In this document: piece after piece, positions 10,127 through 20,574 of the stretch | How positions within the stretch are numbered: position 1 is the first letter of the stretch | Layout: each line of letters begins with the position of its first letter | Source of the DNA: an uncultured Thermoleophilia bacterium | GTDB lineage: Bacteria; Actinomycetota; Thermoleophilia; Gaiellales; Gaiellaceae | DNA length: 64,000 nt | Direction: 5' to 3' | Assembly (NCBI GenBank): GCA_963705605.1 | Contig: CAVPKC010000003.1 | Coordinates: forward strand, 281,619-345,618 | Program-made: the position numbers and the translations under genes | Notes under the pieces: model-generated | Told to the model about the DNA's origin: nothing | Database searches by the model: none | The model's input: only the letters and a program-made list of their open reading frames with translations

Positions 10127-10489
10127 ATGGCCGGGATGGAGATCAAGAACTTCGACTCGCCAGACGAGACGAGGCCGTTCGAGGGCAAGGGCGAGGCGCG
10201 CGTCGTCGAGATCGGCGGGCGAGTCGTCGGCAAGGGCACGTTCCAGCCCGGCTGGCGCTGGAGCGTGAACGTCAAGCCGATCGCCGGGACCGAGTCATGC
10301 CAGGTCTCGCATCTCGGGATGGTGATCTCTGGGCGCATGCGCGTCGTCATGGACAACGGAGCCGAGGGCGTGGTCGGCCCCGGCGACGTCTTCGCGCTGC
10401 CGCCGGGACACGACGCCGAGGTCGTCGGCGGCGAGCCCTGCGTGATGGTCGACTTCGGCGAGTTCGGCGACTACGCCAAACGAGCCTAG
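10127..10489 (+). CDS. Cupin domain protein
   Basis: 120-aa ORF of small beta-barrel type, containing H.G.V.SG...V..DNG.E..VGPGDVF..PPGHDA. Confidence 0.7.
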   Translation: MAGMEIKNFDSPDETRPFEGKGEARVVEIGGRVVGKGTFQPGWRWSVNVKPIAGTESCQVSHLGMVISGRMRVVMDNGAEGVVGPGDVFALPPGHDAEVVGGEPCVMVDFGEFGDYAKRA

Positions 10490-10499
10490 GCCGGGCCGC

Positions 10500-11597
10500 T
10501 TACCCCTGCACGCGCACGACGGCGCCCTGGCCGGCGAACACGCTGTTCACCGAGACGTACACCGTCTTGCCTGGGCCTACTGCGACCCCGCCGGGCGCGA
10601 TCAGCCTCCCGCGGGCGAGCTCGGTCCGGCGACCGTTCGTCGCAACTCTGATCAGCCTGCCCCTGAAGTCCCCGCGCTCCAGGGCGGAGAAGGCCCGGAA
10701 CTGCTCTGTCACGTAGAGGGTCCCGTCCGCAGCGAAGTCGATTCCGCTGATCGCCGTGAAGCCCGTCGCGAACACCTCCACGCCGTCCTCGCCGTCGTCC
10801 TCGTCGGCGAACGGATCGATCCTGAAGATGCGCGCCTTGCCCGGTGGCGTGCCCCCGCCGCCGAGCCCGCCCACGTAGAGCGCCCCGTCGGGGCCCCACG
10901 TCACCGTGGTGGGGACGGACTGCGCCTGGCGACGCCCGACCGTCTCCGGCGGGAGGACGGCGACGATCGAGACCTGGCCGCTCCGGTCGACACGGAGGAG
11001 CGTGTTCCCCCCCGCGTCCACGGCGTAGAAGGAGCCGCGCGGGCCCGCGACGACGCCGTACGGATTCGGGTTCAGATCGGTGCCGTCAGGGTTGAGCCGG
11101 ACCTCGATCCGCCCGACGTCGGCGATCACGGTCTGGCTCGCGCCACGGACGCGGAGGAGGCGGCCGAGCTGCCTTCTGATCGACGCGGGCAGCCCTCGAA
11201 CCGCATCGGGAGGACCCGAGGTCATGATCGTGTACACCCCCCCACCCGAGAGCGCGACATCGTCGACGCCGGTCGCGAACGAGCCGTCGGGCCCTGCGGC
11301 CGAGACGAGCCCGGTGGCGATCCGGCTCTGCACTCCGCCGGCGATCCGGGTGACCGCGCCCGTGAAGCCGATACACGTTGCGTTCGCCCCCTGGCCGAGG
11401 CAGGTGTCCCCGCCGCGACCTGCCTCTGCGACGTAGACCGCGCCTCCGGGGCCGACCTCGAGCCCGCGCGGGTTGTCCAATCCTGTGGCAACGGTCGTCA
11501 GCGGGGCTGCCTGCGCGGAGCCTGCCGCGAGCGCCAACGCCAAGACTGCCACGAAGACAACGCCGACCCTCGGGAACGCGATCCGCACTCGACTCAC
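10500..11597 (-). CDS. Secreted ScyD/ScyE-like (NHL/beta-propeller type) protein
   Basis: 365-aa ORF with signal peptide VFVAVLALALAAGSAQA. It has repeated motifs LDNPRGLEVGPGGAVYVAEAGRGG, GPRGSFYAVDAGGNTL, GPDGALYVG and DGTLYVTE. Confidence 0.65.
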   Translation of the reverse strand: MSRVRIAFPRVGVVFVAVLALALAAGSAQAAPLTTVATGLDNPRGLEVGPGGAVYVAEAGRGGDTCLGQGANATCIGFTGAVTRIAGGVQSRIATGLVSAAGPDGSFATGVDDVALSGGGVYTIMTSGPPDAVRGLPASIRRQLGRLLRVRGASQTVIADVGRIEVRLNPDGTDLNPNPYGVVAGPRGSFYAVDAGGNTLLRVDRSGQVSIVAVLPPETVGRRQAQSVPTTVTWGPDGALYVGGLGGGGTPPGKARIFRIDPFADEDDGEDGVEVFATGFTAISGIDFAADGTLYVTEQFRAFSALERGDFRGRLIRVATNGRRTELARGRLIAPGGVAVGPGKTVYVSVNSVFAGQGAVVRVQG

Positions 11598-11733
11598 CTC
11601 CGGAATCCTCGCCGACCAGAGCGACCCACCACGACCTGCAACGCGCGCATCCTACTGATCCCGGCTTGGAAGCGGATGGCGGGGTCGACACCGCAAGCCC
11701 CCGGTGCGAAGCCCGGCCGGCTCGCCGGCACGG

Positions 11734-12480
11734 TCACGAAGGCTGACGGCGGGCGATCCAGGTTGCGTGCAGCGTCGACCCGTCGACCGGCTGATCGGTG
11801 TACTCGTCGGTGACGGCGGCGACCTCGAAACCGGCATAGGCGAGCGCGCCCCGGACCTCGGCATCGCCGTGGAAGTACTGCCGGTGCTGCTCCGTGAACG
11901 GGTCGCCGGCACGGGCGCGCGTGATCTCGATGCGGGTGTCGCACGTCCGGGCGACCGGATCCACGGTGCTGTTGATGACGAAGTGATTCCCGTGCGATTC
12001 GCCACTGACGACGGGGTTGCGGATGGTGAAGTCCATCAGCGCATCGGTGTGCAGGTCGAAGACGAGCCACGCGGCGGGGCGAAGTCGTCGGGCCACGGCC
12101 GTCATCGTTCCTTCCAGCTCGCCCGTGCCGAGGTAGTTGAGACCGTCGAACGTGCACACCGCAGCGTCGAAGACGCCGTCGACTGTCAGGTCGGGGAGAA
12201 CCATCTGATGCAGGGCCACAGCCGGGCCGAGGAGCTCCCGTGCGCGGGCGAGCATCGCCTCGGAGGCGTCGATGCCCACGACCCGATAGCCCCGTGCCAC
12301 CAGCTCGGCGGCCAGGAGGCCGGTGCCGCAGCAGAGGTCGAGCACGCTGCGAACACCCGACGCGTCAGTGCTCCAGAGGTCGTCGAGGAACGATGCCCAG
12401 CGACCGTGGCAGGGGTCCACGACGATCTCGTCGTAGACCCCCGCCAATCGCGAGTACGCCTCGACCTGGTTCGAGGCCAC
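11734..12480 (-). CDS. Class I SAM-dependent methyltransferase
   Basis: 248-aa ORF with motif I VLDLCCGTGLLAAELVARGYRVVGIDASEAML. Confidence 0.85.
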   Translation of the reverse strand: MASNQVEAYSRLAGVYDEIVVDPCHGRWASFLDDLWSTDASGVRSVLDLCCGTGLLAAELVARGYRVVGIDASEAMLARARELLGPAVALHQMVLPDLTVDGVFDAAVCTFDGLNYLGTGELEGTMTAVARRLRPAAWLVFDLHTDALMDFTIRNPVVSGESHGNHFVINSTVDPVARTCDTRIEITRARAGDPFTEQHRQYFHGDAEVRGALAYAGFEVAAVTDEYTDQPVDGSTLHATWIARRQPS

Positions 12481-12495
12481 GCGGGCCGCGGGGGC

Positions 12496-12762
12496 TCAGA
12501 TCCCCAGGATCTTGGCCTTCGCGGCCGCGAATTCCTCGTCGGTGAGCACGCCCTCGCTGTGGAGCTGAGCCAGGTTCTGAAGCTGCGCCGTCTGGTCATC
12601 CTCCGGGGCGGCAGCCGGCGGCGCAGCCTCCTGCTCCGGAGCCTGCTGCTCTTGATCCTGCTCGTCGTACTTCGAGGCCTGACGGCGCGCCACGCGCCCG
12701 GATACGGCGGTGGCGGTTCCCGCGACGACGGCCGTGCGGGCGGCCATGCGGACTAGTCCCAT
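12496..12762 (-). CDS. SHOCT domain protein
   Basis: 88-aa ORF whose C terminus, LAQLHSEGVLTDEEFAAAKAKILGI, is a typical SHOCT motif. Confidence 0.7.
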   Translation of the reverse strand: MGLVRMAARTAVVAGTATAVSGRVARRQASKYDEQDQEQQAPEQEAAPPAAAPEDDQTAQLQNLAQLHSEGVLTDEEFAAAKAKILGI

Positions 12763-12796
12763 CTCGATTACCTCTCAATCGGTGAAGTGGAAGGTT

Positions 12797-13210
12797 CTAA
12801 CCTGCAGTGAGAGCGGCTTCGACGACGTCGGCGGGGATGCGAATCTGGTCGATCAACACCGCATCGGCGGCACGGAGCGCGTCGACCACCTTCGTCGCCC
12901 AGAGGTTCTCGAACGCGACCAGGAGGGCAGAGCTGTTCAACGGCAGGTCGTCGCTGACCTCCTCGGCGTCTTCCGATCCCAGCGCACCCGGGTGGGTGAC
13001 CTCGATTGCGAGGAAGCCGGCGCCGTCCTCGCCCAGGTCCGCCGCCTCGAGGGTCGTCACGGTGCCGTCCTGATCCTTCATGACGAAGAGGAGGTCGATC
13101 ACGCGAATCGTGCCGTTGTCTACGAGCTCCATGATCGCCGGCGTGATACGCCCGGTGAACTTGTTGCCGGGGAAGCCAATGATGTACACGTCGACAGGGC
13201 CTACTGCCAT
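12797..13210 (-). CDS. DUF6325/DUF1269-like small protein
   Basis: 137-aa ORF MAVGPVDVYIIGFPGNKFTGRI.P....LVD.GTIRVIDLLFV.KD.DG, matching the recalled pattern of this family. Confidence 0.55.
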   Translation of the reverse strand: MAVGPVDVYIIGFPGNKFTGRITPAIMELVDNGTIRVIDLLFVMKDQDGTVTTLEAADLGEDGAGFLAIEVTHPGALGSEDAEEVSDDLPLNSSALLVAFENLWATKVVDALRAADAVLIDQIRIPADVVEAALTAG

Positions 13211-13355
13211 TCTCTCTCCTCTTCGAGGTTGCTTTCAGGTGAGAGCGCGCTCGAACTGATGTCCGGCCGCAAACACCTCTTCTCCATGCCAGCTGCACAC
13301 TAGACGAAGAGACTTCTTCGTGGACCGGCGACGCCGTCGCTCGGCAGCCGTCTCA

Positions 13356-13403
13356 CGAGAGCGGACGACGGGGCTCGAACCCGCGACCCTTGGCTTGGGA
13401 AGC
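13356..13403 (-). repeat. attL-like copy of the 3' half of tRNA-Gly(CCC), 48 bp, identical to 25320..25367
   Basis: gagagcggacgacggggctcgaacccgcgacccttggcttgggaagcc is present at both sites in the same orientation. Only the right copy continues into a complete tRNA. Confidence 0.85.
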
Positions 13404-13485
13404 CGCGCCACTGGCGGCGACGCGCGACGACTGACGACGACGAACGTACGCAACGATGCGGGTTTGAGGCTGTTTCGGTAACGCC

Positions 13486-13623
13486 CTTAGCCCGCATGGC
13501 TCCGTCCGCCGTTTCTCGGACGTTTGGGCATGGAGTGGGCATGAGAACGGTGGCCACTACTCACCGTCAGCTCGCGCCGCACGGTACCGCGTTCGATCCC
13601 GGCGAAGATCAGTCGGATTGCCA
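13486..13623 (-). CDS. Hypothetical 45-aa ORF with a strong RBS, reading through the left GGGCATG repeat
   Basis: GGGAGGAG lies 6 nt upstream of the ATG at 13623. Translation is MAIRLIFAGIERGTVRRELTVSSGHRSHAHSMPKRPRNGGRSHAG. It may be a truncated remnant. Confidence 0.25.
13518..13545. repeat. Island-end motif, left copy: GACGTTTGGGCATGGAGTGGGCATGAGA (GGGCATG-N4-GGGCATG)
   Basis: 26/28 identical to 25233..25260, in the same orientation. It lies about 115 nt inside the left tRNA repeat. Confidence 0.7.
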
Positions 13624-13648
13624 TCTCGATCTCCTCCCTGCCTGCCCG

Positions 13649-13686
13649 CCCACGCCACGGCCGCCTTGGTGGGCGGTCGTGGCGTG
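13649..13686 (-). terminator. Long GC hairpin (16-bp stem with one G-U pair, 6-nt loop) downstream of the 120-aa ORF
   Basis: ccacgccacggccgcc ttggtg ggcggtcgtggcgtgg. There is no U tract, so a terminator role is tentative. Confidence 0.35.
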
Positions 13687-13722
13687 GCGTGCAGACAGAG
13701 CCGATGTGACACGAATCAGTCG

Positions 13723-14085
13723 TCAGACGGCGACGGCGACGATGAGCTGCTCCTCGTCGAAGACGGCCGTTTCTGCGCCGACGACGACGTGCTGAAGGCG
13801 GACGACCTCCCGAAGAGCCGCCGTCGAGTCCCGGCCGAGGAACGGTGATCCAGCCCCGTCCGTGAGGAACCTCCAGACCGCCTTGAGGCTCGCCTCGTCA
13901 ATCGGATGTGTCTCGTCACGCAGTGCGGCTGCGATCGCGCGCAGCGAGGGAGCGCACGCAGTGCTAATGCTCGGCTGGACGAGGTAGCGGGGTCCCTGGC
14001 CGATGTAGGGGCGCTCCGGGACAGCTGCTCGCTCGACGCGCCGCGCCAGCTGCTGGCGCCTCTTCATGGTCCGGTCACGCTTCAC
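13723..14085 (-). CDS. Hypothetical protein (120 aa)
   Basis: ORF track only. No motif recognised. Confidence 0.4.
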   Translation of the reverse strand: MKRDRTMKRRQQLARRVERAAVPERPYIGQGPRYLVQPSISTACAPSLRAIAAALRDETHPIDEASLKAVWRFLTDGAGSPFLGRDSTAALREVVRLQHVVVGAETAVFDEEQLIVAVAV

Positions 14086-14259
14086 GATCTGCTCCTTTCC
14101 TCACTGACCGCTTCATGCGGTCGGTCTCGCGGAGCGTGCAGCCCGGCGGTAAAGCACCGACGAAGCACTGCCAAAGCGGAGGTGAGGGATCAGCTAATGC
14201 CCCGCGTTGCCGGGTCGGTTGTGCCTGCTGTCTGCCCGGTTTACGCTTGCCGAACTCAG

Positions 14260-17200
14260 ATGGAGTTTCGGATCCTCGGGCCGCTCGAGGTCTGCTCGGA
14301 GGGACGTGAGATCTCCCTCGGCGGAGCGAAGCAGCGCGCGGTGCTCGCCGTTCTGCTCCTTCACCGCAACGAGGTCGTCTCCACCGATCGCCTGATCAAC
14401 GAGCTCTGGAGCGACCGTCCGCCGGCGACCGCTCCCAAGGTCGTCCAGGTGTACGTCTCTCAGCTTCGCAAGGCGCTGAGAGGTCGGCACGCGCGGGACG
14501 AGGCCGACAGTATTCTCGTTACGCGTGCCCCGGTTATTTGCTTCGGATCGAGCGGGGAGAGCTCGACGCCGACCGCTTCGAGCAGCTCGTCGACGAGGGC
14601 AGGCGCGCGCTCGCGGCAGGGAGTCCTCGGCTGGCGGCCCATACACTGCTGGAGGGCCTGGCGCTGTGGCGCGGGCCCGCGTTTGCCGACTTCGCCCACG
14701 AATCGTTCGCGCAAAACGAGATCGCGCGACTCGAGGAAGCCCGCGTGTCGGCGCTCGAGGAACGAATCGACGCCGACCTTGCGCTCGGTCGCCACGCCGA
14801 GCTCATTGGTGAGCTCGAGTCGCTCGTCGCAGCCTATCCGTTACGAGAGAGGCTTCGTGGACAGCTGATGCTTGCCCTCTATCGCTCGGGGAGACAAGTC
14901 GAGGCTCTCGACGCCTTCCGAGCAGCCCGCAGTGCGCTCGTCGACGAGCTCGGGCTTGAGCCGAGGCGAGAGCTGCGTGAGCTGCAGCAGGCGATTCTGC
15001 GACAGGACGCCGCGCTCGACCTGGCCGCTCGAGTCGAGCCCGCGCCCGAGCCGCCGCACGACCTCTTCGTCGGCCGCGGGCTGCAGCTGGAGGAGTTACG
15101 CGCAGGCCTGAACGACGCCTTTGCCCGTCGCGGTCGCCTCTTCCTGCTGGTCGGTGAGCCCGGGATCGGGAAGAGCCGCCTGGCCGATGAGCTGATCGCG
15201 GATGCGCGGGCGCGCGGCGCCAGCGTCGTCATCGGTCGCTGCTGGGAGGCCGGCGGGGCGCCCGCCTACTGGCCGTGGGTCCAGGCGCTGCGTCTGTACG
15301 TCGAGCAGAGCGATCCCGGAACCCTGCGGTCGGAGCTCGGGAGCGGCGCCCCGGACCTCGCGCAGATCGTCCCGGAGCTACGCGAGCTCTTCCCCGATCT
15401 GCCGCAGCCATCTTTGGAGGTCGAGGGGGCGCGCTTCCGGCTCTTCGATTCTGTTGGCCACTTCCTCAGGAACGCTGCGGCTTCCCGTCCGCTCGTGCTC
15501 GTGCTCGACGACCTTCACGTCGCCGACGAGCCGTCGCTGCTCCTGCTTCGGTTCGTCGCGGGAGGGATCGCCGGCAGCAGGATCCTCGTCGTCGGCACGT
15601 ACCGCGACGTCGACCCGACCATGCGCGATCCGCTCGCGTCGACGCTCGCGGAGCTGGCGCGGGAGCAGGTCACGCGACGCATCGAGCTCGGTGGATTGAC
15701 CGAAGAGGACATCTCGGAGTATGTCAAGCTCACTGCCGGCACGACCCCGTCCGCAGGGTTGAGCGCGGCGATCCATACAGAGACGGGAGGCAACGCGCTC
15801 TTCGTCGCCGAGGTCGTGCGCCTGCTCGCAGCGGATGGACATGTCTCCGACGTCGATGCCCGCGAGCTCTGGACACTCGGGATCCCGCAGGGCGTTCGCG
15901 AGGTGATCGGGAGGCGGCTGCGGCGCTTGTCCGAGGAGTGCGTGGTCGTGCTCACGCTCGCCTCCGTGCTCGGCCGCGAGTTCGCGCTCGATGCCTTGCA
16001 GCGGTTGACCGAGGTCCCCGCGGACGAACTGCTCGACTTGCTTGACGAGCCTGTCGCAGCTCGTGTGCTGACGTCGGTGCCAGGCGCGCGGGGACGCCTG
16101 CGGTTCGGGCATGCGCTGGTCCGCGAGACCCTTTACGAAGGGCTGACGACTCCCCGGCGGGTGCAGCTGCATCGACGCGCCGGCGAGGCGCTCGAGGCGC
16201 TCTACGCGCAGGATCAGGAACCTTATTTGGCCGAGCTTGCCCATCACTTCCTCGAGGCTGCCCCGGGCGGAGACCTCGACAAGGCTCTCGGGTACGCGCA
16301 ACGCGCCGGCGATCGCGCGCTCGAACTTCTCGCGTACGAAGAGGCGGCGCGCCTGTACGAGCTGGCGCTGCAAGCGCTCGAGCTGCAGCAGCCGGTCGAC
16401 CTGTCTGCGCGGTACGCGCTGGTGGTCGCGCGCGGGGACGCGCTCGCAAGGGGCGGGAGCACGCCCGAGGCCGAGCAGGCGTTCCTCGCCGCTGCCGATC
16501 TCGCAAGGGCGTCTCTGCTCCCCGAGCACCTGGCCCGTGCCGCGCTCGGCTACGGGGGCAGGTTCCCGTGGCTCCGCGCCGGACGCGACCCCTGGCTTGT
16601 CCCGCTGCTCGAAGAAGCGCTCGAAGCTTTGGGCGAGACCGAACCGGTGCTGAGAGTGAAACTGCTCGCACGCCTGGCGGGAGCCCTTCGCGACCAGCCC
16701 TCGCTCGAGCCGAGATCTTCGCTCAGCCGTCAAGCGGTCGAGATCGCGCGCGGCCTCGGTGACCCGGACACGCTCGGTTACGCGCTCGCAAGCGTCTTCA
16801 CGGCAACCTGGGGACCCGAGCTGGGAGAGCCGGCGACGATCGCCGAGGAGGTCACCCGGCTGGCAGAGGAGACCGGAGAGGCGGAGCGAGCTCTCGATGC
16901 CTGCCGGCTGCGCTGGTGGGTGGCGCTGTCGCTCGGCGATGTTGCAGCCGTCGAACGGGCGGCGGATGACCACCGAGCGCTCGCGGAGCAGCTGAAGCAG
17001 CCCTCGCTGCAGTGGTACAACGTAGTAATGCGCTCGACCTTGGCCATCTTCCAGGGTGAGTTCGCCGAAGGGGAACGGATCGCAGAAGAGGCGTTGCAGC
17101 TCGGCCAGCAGGCACAGAGCTGGGACGCCGGTTTCTCGTACCGCATCGCGCTCTTTTCCCTACGCCGCGAGCAGGGCCGGCTGGAGGAGATCGAGGACAT

Positions 17201-17768
17201 GGTCCGACAGACCGTCGACGAGTACGCCGGATATCGCTCGTTCCGCTGCCTCCTTGCACTTCTCGAGTGGGAGCTCGGGCATCGGGAGGAGACGCGAGGC
17301 ATGTTCGACGAGCTGGCAGCCGATGATTTCGCTGCGCTTCCGCGTGATGCCGAGTGGCTCTTCTGTCTCTCCGTTCTCGCCGAGGTCGCTGCGTACCTAC
17401 AGGACCGCGACCGTGCGGCGATTCTTCACCGCCAGCTCCTTCCCTACGCGCGGCTGAACGCGGTCGCCGCCGGCGAGTTCGCCATCGGCTCCGTGGCGCG
17501 TTACCTCGGACTGCTCGCCACGACGATGGGACACTGGAACGAGGCCGCGCAGCACTTCGAGGATGCACTCGAGATGAACGAGCGCATGGGCGCCCGCCCC
17601 TGGCTCGCCCACACCCAGCACGACTACGCGCGGACGCTGCTCGCCCGCGACGAGCCTGGCGACCGCGAACGCGCCCAGGAGCTCCTCCACCAGGCGCTCG
17701 CGACCTACCGCGAACTCGGCATCGAGCCATCCGCAGCGAAGGCTTCGGCGGTGCCGCGGACGCCCTAG
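14260..17768 (+). CDS. SARP/AfsR-family regulator (winged HTH, BTAD, P-loop NTPase, TPR). One frameshift near 14533.
   Basis: MEFRILGPLEV..GGAKQRAVLAVLLLHRNEVVS.DRLI.ELW (ORF 13906..14868 frame) continues as LRIERGELDADRFEQL..BTAD..LLVGEPGIGKSRL..VLVLDDLH..TPR in ORF 14538..17768. The junction reads gccccggttat where gccccgggttat would keep the frame, so one G is missing from a run. Confidence 0.8.
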
Positions 17769-17792
17769 TCGACGTCCTGGAACCCCGCATCG

Positions 17793-18032
17793 GTGACCGT
17801 CGAAAGCCTAGAGCGGGAGGTGGCGACAGCCGGCGATGCGGTTCGCGGAGCCGTGGTGCACGAAGCCGTGCGGATCATGGCTGCGGTAGCTCCAGACGAG
17901 ATTCTGGTCTCGGAGACGGTCCCGGCCCTCGTCTCGGGTCTGGGTCTTCGCTTCGAGCCGCGCGGCGAGTTCGAGCTCAAGGGGTTCAGGGCGCGCAGCC
18001 TCTTCGCGTACGCGGACCGAGCGCCCGCGTGA
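17793..18032 (+). pseudogene. C-terminal fragment of a class III adenylate/guanylate cyclase domain
   Basis: GDAVRGAVVHEAVRIMAAVAPDEILVSETV..F..RGEFELKGF resembles GD.VN.A.R.....P..ILVSE.V......G...LKG. It is only 79 aa and lacks the N-terminal half. Confidence 0.45.
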
Positions 18033-18105
18033 TTGCTCGAGAGACATTCCCGCACACTCGGGCACACGGCCACGCCGTCGCTTGACACTCGGTAGCGTCG
18101 TCCCG

Positions 18106-18609
18106 ATGTCGAGGATCTTGGTGACCGGCATGTCGGGAACGGGCAAGTCGTCGGCGCTCGCCGAACTTGGCCGACGCGGCTATCGCGTCGTAGACACCGA
18201 TGATCCGGGCTGGCGCGAGTATCGCGAGTAGGTTGAGTCCTCCGACGAGGTGCACCGCGGCGAGTGGCTCTGGGTCGAGGAAAGGATCACCGGGCTGCTG
18301 GACTCCGATGATGGTCGCTCGCTCTTCGTTCAAGGGTGCGTGAGGAACCAGTCGAAGTTCTACGACCGTTTCAACGCGGTCGTCCTGCTCAGCGCCCCTG
18401 CTGACGTGATCCTTGACCGGATCGCGCGCAGAACGACGAACAACTACGGGAAGACTCCAGTGGAACGAGCGATGATCTTGGATGACCTCGCCAGGGTCGA
18501 GCCGCTGCTCAGAGCGAGCTGCACGCATGAGCTGGATGCCAGCCGACCGCTCGATGAAGTCGTCGTCGACTTGATCGCGATCGCGTCGCGCCCGATGACG
18601 ACGTCCTAG
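18106..18609 (+). pseudogene. P-loop kinase (AAA/shikimate-kinase-like) interrupted by an in-frame TAG at 18229-18231
   Basis: MSRILVTGMSGTGKSSALAELGRRGYRVVDTDDPGWREYRE-TAG-VESSDEVHRGEWLWVEERI... continues in the same frame into ORF 18250..18609. Confidence 0.6.
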
Positions 18610-18744
18610 GCCGCCCCAGCCTTCGAGGGACATTCCCGAACACTGGCCCAGGCCGCTACTCCCTGCTTAGGGTGGCGCAACAAGCCATAACGAGCCCGCC
18701 CCACGGCTTCTCGTCAGCCGACGTTCTCGATGATCTCGACCAGC

Positions 18745-19521
18745 TCATTTCCAGAGCCGGATGTCGCCAACCTGCGTCGGCGCCTCGTCGGCAAGCTGGT
18801 GGCTGAAGTTGGCGACGAACACGCCGCTTCCAGGAGCGGTTAACTTCGCGTATGCAGAGTCCGGGAGATCGAAGACGACGACGCCTTGCCTCGCCTGGTC
18901 GGGCTGGATCACCTCGGAGTTCCAAACCCACGAGTCCTCGACAGGTCCGTTCTCGGCGTTGAAATCCTCCGTGTAAGTGTTGTCGCCGATCCCAAGAACG
19001 ACCTGGCCTACGTAGACTTGCTGTGGCGTACTTGCGCGATTCGTGATCTCGACGGTCACAAGAACAAAGGTTCCTAACGCCTGTACCCGTCCGTCCGGGA
19101 AATCGACCGGGTCATAGTTGGGCGATTCGACACGCCTGGCGGTCTCCACGGACACAAGACGGGCGTCGAGCTCGTCGAGACGCGCCGTTCCATCCTTGTT
19201 CACAACGACGTACGTGGTGCCGTCATCGATGCACGTGCCTGTCTTACCTCCTTCGATTGAGATTCCGGCTGTACCGCAGTCGGGAACGCCGGAGGCATCG
19301 GTGGTCCCACTGTCCTCTTCCGTCTCCGTCTCGGCGGTTGCGTCCGTCTCCGGGATCACCTCAACCGTCGCTTCGGCCGACGGCGTAACTGTGACCGTGG
19401 CGCCGATCGTCTCCGCGACGGTGACGGTTCTTTCGCCCGCCGCCGAACTGCCGCCACACGCGGTTAGAAGTGCGCCAAGCAAGAACCCGGCGCCGGCTGC
19501 CATCAATCGAGCGGATCCCAT
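18745..19521 (-). CDS. Lipoprotein with a DUF4352-like immunoglobulin-type domain
   Basis: Lipobox LLTACGGSS, a Thr/Glu-rich linker, then the pattern FVLVTVEITNRASTPQQ. Confidence 0.6.
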   Translation of the reverse strand: MGSARLMAAGAGFLLGALLTACGGSSAAGERTVTVAETIGATVTVTPSAEATVEVIPETDATAETETEEDSGTTDASGVPDCGTAGISIEGGKTGTCIDDGTTYVVVNKDGTARLDELDARLVSVETARRVESPNYDPVDFPDGRVQALGTFVLVTVEITNRASTPQQVYVGQVVLGIGDNTYTEDFNAENGPVEDSWVWNSEVIQPDQARQGVVVFDLPDSAYAKLTAPGSGVFVANFSHQLADEAPTQVGDIRLWK

Positions 19522-19650
19522 CTGCTAACGGACGACTACGACCATAGGGCTGATGCTTGCTAGCCGCAAGACGAAGACCGGGGCGTCCTGAACGTCGTTC
19601 GGTTCGACAATGGTGGCTTCGCGGTAGTCACGCCTGGGCAGCGGGGGATC

Positions 19651-19992
19651 TTGTTCGACGGGGATTCGCGGCACGAGAGCAAGCTCGCTTCGCTCGCGGA
19701 AGCGACCGACCCCACCTACCAGGCGGAGATCCTGATGTCGGAGTCCGTTTACCAGATCCTCCATGACGTGCCGATGAGGAAGGCGCGGCCCTGGTTCGCC
19801 GACGTCAGCGGCCGGGCCGTCGTCGTCAACGCCAACCTCCTCATCGGTCGCGAGGAGGAGGACGTCTACGCCCAAGTGTCCCGCACCGCCTTCGCCCGCC
19901 GCGGAAGTCGAACTCGAACTCAAGAAGCGGCTCCGCGCGACCCCGGTTCTCGCTTCGATCGCGGCGCTCGGAAAGGCGTGGCTGACCGATGA
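19651..19992 (+). pseudogene. Degenerate cyclase-homology-like fragment or hypothetical ORF
   Basis: GDSRHESKLASLAEATDPTYQAEILMSESVYQIL loosely follows G[DT].VN.A.R.E..A....I..S......L. The match is weak. Confidence 0.25.
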
Positions 19993-20436
19993 CGAAGCTG
20001 GCAAGGCGAAGGCGCGGGCGATCTTGGACGACAAACGGATCGACTGGTCGATCGGGCAAGTCCGCGGGGAGATGCCTCATCCCTCGTTCTGACGTAACCC
20101 CTTCCGAGCTCCTCCGTCCCTCCTGGTACGTCGGGCCTGCCACGCTCGGACAGCGAAGAAGATCACCACCGCCGAAAAGAGCCCGGAGGTGACGAGGCGG
20201 TCGAGCGGTCACGGGCGGCAAGGTCATCCTGCATCGGCGACAGAGTCGGCTCCCCGGCGCAGGAGGTTCGTACGCACCGCCAGGCCGCTACACTCGATCG
20301 TGCATCACGAGAGGCATCGCACGTCGGTGCCCGCCAACCTGGGTAGCCCCAAGGTGGCAAGTCCCGATAGGGACGATGCGGCTCGAGTCGAGCAAGCGGC
20401 TACGTACGGGGCTCCCACGACCGAAGAGGAGCCAAC

Positions 20437-20574
20437 ATGGACATCGGAGAGCCGATCCGGGTGATCGAGATCGAACCCGTTGAGGAACCGGCGCCAACCA
20501 AACCAGATGCACCTCGAGACCCGTGCAAGCCGGCACGCACGCAACCCGACCGTGAAACACAGCCGGCACGATGA
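20437..20574 (+). CDS. Small acidic/Pro-rich ORF (45 aa), translationally coupled to the next gene
   Basis: GAGGAG lies 5 nt upstream of the ATG. Translation starts MDIGEPIRVIEIEPVEEPAPTKPDAP. The stop overlaps the next start (ATGA at 20571-20574). Confidence 0.45.
   Translation: MDIGEPIRVIEIEPVEEPAPTKPDAPRDPCKPARTQPDRETQPAR

Noticed and set aside
13300-13557. ORF 13300..13557 (-) and the N-terminal extension of the Res ORF (25125..25256) share MP[AT]PCPNV, suggesting a conserved peptide
   Set aside because: - The similarity is the 28-bp DNA repeat read in frame.
- ORF 13300..13557 also runs through the orphan tRNA half.
- The Res protein has a better-supported start at MSAEPVIDG (25124).
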